Of a stretch of 64,000 bases of DNA, positions 59,375-64,000 are shown one piece after another. Numbering within the stretch: the stretch's first letter is position 1; each line of letters opens with the position of its first letter. Made by a program: the position numbers and the translations under genes. The notes below the pieces were generated by a model that made no database searches, was not told the origin of the DNA, and saw only the letters and a list, made by a program, of their open reading frames with translations. The DNA comes from Chrysomallon squamiferum (lineage: Eukaryota > Animalia > Mollusca), in NCBI GenBank assembly GCA_012295275.1, contig CM022678.1, positions 18,290,001 through 18,354,000 of the forward strand, read 5' to 3'.

Positions 59375-61904
59375 CTATAACCATGTCGACAGTAAAACTA
59401 TTCTCTTTAAGAAAAATGTATTTCTGTAAACTGCTGATGTCATTGTTGACTCTATTCTGTCGAAGTTTTCAGAACCGCTAATTCATCTGTCGACATTTTA
59501 GAAATTGGTGCGCGATATAAAAATAAATACGTGAGATGGAAAAAGATGTGGGAGTGAAAGAAAATATCAAGAAAAGAAAACAAAAAGAAACAAATACCAG
59601 TACTAACAATAAGAAGAACAAAACTAAGAACAACAACAACAACAAAACAAAATAATAATATATAATAATAATAATAATAATAATAGAAAAAATAAATTTA
59701 ATAATAATAATTATTAGTTGTTGGGTTAATGTTATTAATCCTAGCTGCATTTCCGAGTTCATTTAACCACAAAAGACGTTTGCTATGATCAGGCACCAAT
59801 AAAAACCATTGTCGATATTTTCATCACAGATTTACGTGATACTGTACGAGTACAATCCAGAAACAGGCTTCTCTAAACGCGTTCAAAAAATTGGTCACTT
59901 ATACTGAAATCTTTAGCGTTTGGATAAATTGTGCTTAGAGGCAAGATCAGACAGTCTGGGTAAAAGACATAAAACAGTAAAGATCAAAGTTCATTGTAAT
60001 GACAAAAGAGTTACGTAACTCTGCATGTAACGTCACCGATATACTTTTCTGACGTCATTTCATACAAAGATTAGAAACAGTTTTTAGTGAAATGAACATT
60101 GAGTGTTTTCAAGTAAGGGTTTTCGTTGATAAAAGACCCAAGGCTGCAGCTGTGTTGATGTTGGAACGGGAAAAGACACAAGATGACATTGTTGTGTTGT
60201 GTTTAAGTAATTGAATCCAAAACAAGTAGGACTGCCGTTACACATCAATGAACACTGCTGTTTTGTAAATCTTCCTTCTATCTGAGCAGACGGCGAAAAC
60301 TTCAGTCCAAAGTTTGCGTGAAAAGTAGAGGCTGATGGGGAAAAAAATAAAAAGTTCAAAATCTCTCATAAACAACAACAGCAAAAACAGTTAAAACAAC
60401 ATAAAACAGCACCACCAAAAACAACAAAATCAAATAAAAATTAACTTATAGTAAACAAAAACAAAGAGAGAATTAAAAAGACAAAAAAGAGCAGCAACAA
60501 CAACAACTACAAAAGTAAAAAAGTAGAAACAACAACAAAAACAAAAAAAAAAGAATGAAAAACATACAGAACCAAAAGAAAATAATGTTCTACATACTAA
60601 TTAAACAAACAAACAATCGGAAGCAAATAAATAAATTACAAATAATTTAAATGAAATAATTATAAAATAACACTCACTTTCAGACACAAATGCACAAATA
60701 TAAAATAAAACAAAAAGAAATATATAAACTAAAACACCAGTAAACTAAGATAATACATTTTTAAATAAAAGTAACACGCAAACGAATCATCAAAAACTCA
60801 AATATCTACCAGTAACCTTTAAAGAAAAAACTACTTGAGCAATTAAATCTTCTGAGTTATTAAAGCCTTTCCTTTTCTTTTTATATTTTATTCTTTAAAT
60901 AATAAAACTCACAGGAATATTTGGCGTCACAACCAAACACCATCACTTCACAAAGCGTTAGAACACCTTGAGGAAGAAATATTTTTACGTATCTCGCAGG
61001 TGTTACGTTGTCGCAGTGAAGAGAGATTGTCTCCCCGTTTGCCACTGGTTCAGTGTAAGTGATACACTCACTGGGGGCGCTGTTTTCAACGTACGTGAAT
61101 ATAGTGAAGTTTCGTAATCTGTCGCCTGATGTAAAGAAGTAGAAGAAAAGTAGAAGACATAAAATAAAATAAATAAATAAAAACACAAATACATAAATAA
61201 ATAAATAAATAAATTGATAAACCGAATATTACTTCTTCTGCTACTAGTACTACCACTACGACTACTGCTCGTGTTTCTGCTACCAATACTAGTACTGACA
61301 CTACTACTAATACTACTATTACTAATATTGTTACTACGACAACTACTACTGTTACTGCAACTGCAACTACTACTGCTACCACTACTACTAACAATAATAT
61401 AGAGATACTAGTATTAATATTAATATTAAAACTACAGCTAATGTTTCTTTTATTTTCATTAATATTTCTATGATCGACGTAACAGGCATTTATTCTCAGA
61501 CTATGTTATTTCATTATCATACTTGTATTATTAGGAAAAAGTATATAAACACTCTAAATCAAGTGTTTATTTATTTTATGTTTAATCTTTATACTGATTG
61601 TGAGCCTCAGTTAGAACCACATAACACTAAGTATGTTGGATATTTCTTCATAATTGATATTAGTAGTTTAAGACTTTAATTGTAGCAAAGGTTGAGGTGC
61701 AGTTACAAAATAAATTCATTCGTTTTACAAACACGCAAACACACGAAGATAACTGTATTAAATTATTAAATACATATTTAATATATATAATGAGACAAAG
61801 CGTATTGAGACAAAGCATTGAAGTTTGCAATCTGCCGCCACGACGACTGTTGTGTTGGTTTTCTCAAAGCCAGGTTAGTCGCGCTAAAAGCTAAAGGAAA
61901 AAAG

Positions 61905-61951
<47 letters not shown>

Positions 61952-62270
61952 ATAATAATAATAATAATAAGAAGAAAATAAATTAAATAAAAAAAATTAA
62001 AATGAAATGAAATACAACAAAAAATAAATGAATAAGTTAATAAATGAGATAATAAAAGTAGAAAAAAATAAGAAAAAATTAAAAACGAATCAATAAAACA
62101 AAAGTAATTAGTAAATAAATATAATTATATAACAGTAATAAAAAATGAAAAGACAAAAAGAAATTAGAAGCAGCATTAATGATTAATGATAAAGAGTACA
62201 ATAGTAGATGTGGAAGTAGTTATATTAGTAACAGTAGTAGTAGTAGTGATAACATAGGGAGCGTTAGTAG
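59375..62270. repeat. Tandem segmental duplicate of ~51140-57000
   Basis: 59375-59620 matches 51140-51400, and 59735-62270 matches ~54210-57000, including introns. Confidence 0.9.
60084..61890 (-). pseudogene. F-type lectin/PAN copy 2: exons 4 (60084-60331) and 3 (60913-61125) intact, exon 2 truncated
   Basis: The exon 2 remnant (61890 to ~61800) reads AFSATNLALRKPTQQSSWRQIANFNALSQYA and then runs into AT-rich sequence and a stop. AVDG...RGDCC and the donor site are missing. Exon 1 is not seen and may lie in the gap. Confidence 0.75.
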
Positions 62271-62275
62271 TTGTA

Positions 62276-63583
62276 TCAGAAATAACAGAAGTAGTAGCAG
62301 TAATAGTAGTAGTTTTCAGAAATAACAGAAGATGTAGTAGTAGCAGTGATAGTAGTAGTTTTCAGAAATAACAGAAGATGTAGTAGTAGCAGTAATAGTA
62401 GTAGTTTTGAGAAATAACAGAAGTAGTAGTAGTAGCAGTAATAGTAGTAGTTTTGAGAAATAACAGAAGATGTAGTAGTAGCAGTAATAGTAGTAGTTTT
62501 GAGAAATAACAGAAGATGTAGTAGTAGCAGTAATAGTAGTAGTTTTGATAAATAACAGAAGATGTAGTAGTAGCAGTAATAGTAGTAGTTTTGATAAATA
62601 ACAGAAGATGTAGTAGTAGCAGTAATAGTAGTAGTTTTGAGAAATAACAGAAGATGTAGTAGTAGCAGTAATAGTAGTAGTTTTGATAAATAACAGAAGA
62701 TGTAGTAGTAGCAGTAATAGTAGTAGTTTTTAGAAATAACAGAAGATGTAGTAGTAGCAGTAATAGTAGTAGTTTTCAGAAATAACAGAAGATGTAGTAG
62801 TAGCAGTAATAGTAGTAGTTTGAGAAATAAAAATACTTTGAGAAACAAGTAGTAGTAGCAGTAATAGTAGTAGTTTTGAGAAATAACAGAAGATGTAGTA
62901 GTAGCAGTAATAGTAGTAGTTTGAGAAATAACAGAAGATGTAGTAGTAGCAGTAATAGTAGTAGTTTTGAGAAATAACAGAAGATGTAGTAGTAGCAGTA
63001 ATAGTAGTAGTTTTGAGAAATAACAGAAGATGTAGTAGTAGCAGTAATAGTAGTAGTTTTGAGAAATAACAGAAGATGTAGTAGTAGCAGTAATAGTAGT
63101 AGTTTGAGAAATAACAGAAGTGTTTAGCCAGAAAGTTGGAGAAAACAGAAGATGTAGTAGTAGCAGTAAAAGTAGTAGTTTGAGAAATAACAGAAATGTA
63201 GTAGTAGTTTTAGTAGTTTGAGAAATAATAACAGAATTAGTAGTAGTGAAAGAAATAGTAGAAGTTTTGAGAAATAACAGAAAAATGAAATAAGTAACAG
63301 AAATGAAATTACAGAGTAGTTAGTAGTAGTTTTGGAGAAATAATAGAAGAAGTAGTAGTTTGTATAAAGAAATAACAGAAGATGTAGTAAGTAGCAGAAA
63401 ATAGTAGTGGTTTGAGAAATAACAGAAACAGTAGTAGTAATGTAAGTGATAAAATAAATAGAAGATGTAGTAGTAGTTTAGAGAAATAACAGAAGATGTA
63501 GTAGCAGTTGTAATAATAGTGAAATAACAGAAGATGGAAATTAGCAGTAATAGTAGTAGTTTGAGAAATAACAGAAGATGTAG
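62276..63583. repeat. 46-bp minisatellite array
   Basis: Unit gagaaataacagaagatgtagtagtagcagtaatagtagtagtttt (e.g. starts at 62501 and 62547). The array degrades towards the gap. Confidence 0.95.
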
Positions 63584-63783
63584 NNNNNNNNNNNNNNNNN
63601 NNNNNNNNNNNNNNNNNNNNNNNNNNNNNNNNNNNNNNNNNNNNNNNNNNNNNNNNNNNNNNNNNNNNNNNNNNNNNNNNNNNNNNNNNNNNNNNNNNNN
63701 NNNNNNNNNNNNNNNNNNNNNNNNNNNNNNNNNNNNNNNNNNNNNNNNNNNNNNNNNNNNNNNNNNNNNNNNNNNNNNNNNNN
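63584..63783. other. Assembly gap (200 N)
   Basis: Run of N. Confidence 1.
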
Positions 63784-64000
63784 CACTTGTTCACAAATAA
63801 AAGCATATTGAACCGATAATTTTATTCAGTACATTCTGTTGACATTTGAAACATGCATTATTTAACCTTGATATCATATGGTTTGAATGTTTTTGTACTA
63901 TACAAAAAATAAATTATTTATTTATTTGTTTATCATAAATATAATTCCTTTGTGCCATCTAACAACTGGTTTTGTATAACAATGAAGACTGAAATTAAAA
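63784..64000 (+). repeat. Second copy of 48947-49189
   Basis: Collinear match (e.g. aattcctttgtgccatctaacaactggttttgtataacaatgaagactgaaattaaaa) with many small deletions near the gap. Confidence 0.9.

Noticed and set aside
62276-63583. CRISPR-like regular repeat array
   Set aside because: The units are head-to-tail with no unique spacers, there are no cas genes, and the context is eukaryotic.

Overview
This is AT-rich, intron-containing animal genomic DNA dense in microsatellites, probably from a mollusc (inferred from gene families and repeat style). It is not prokaryotic, so most entries in the ORF track are simple-repeat artefacts. Four genes and one broken copy can be reconstructed. (1) A stand-alone NHL-type beta-propeller gene (+, 4092-4934). 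(2) A three-exon TRIM-like E3 ligase gene, RING/B-box/FN3/SPRY (+, 10060-14739), with no visible second B-box or coiled-coil exon and a 1-nt frameshift in the SPRY exon. (3) A convergent Mpr1/Spt10-like GNAT acetyltransferase gene (-, 17669-18262), also with a 1-nt frameshift and probably with an intron-split ATG. (4) A four-exon secreted F-type lectin plus PAN/apple gene (-, 54561-57279). (5) A tandem copy of the lectin gene (60084-61890) whose fucose-binding exon is deleted, with a templated insertion at the junction. The 20-54 kb interval has no convincing protein-coding exon. It holds a ~1.7 kb inverted-repeat element with heat-shock-element-like arrays, small MITE-like elements, a (TA)n-bounded foldback and several minisatellites. 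A 200-N gap lies at 63584-63783, and the sequence after it repeats 48947-49189. I found no clear novel system; the best leads are listed as findings.
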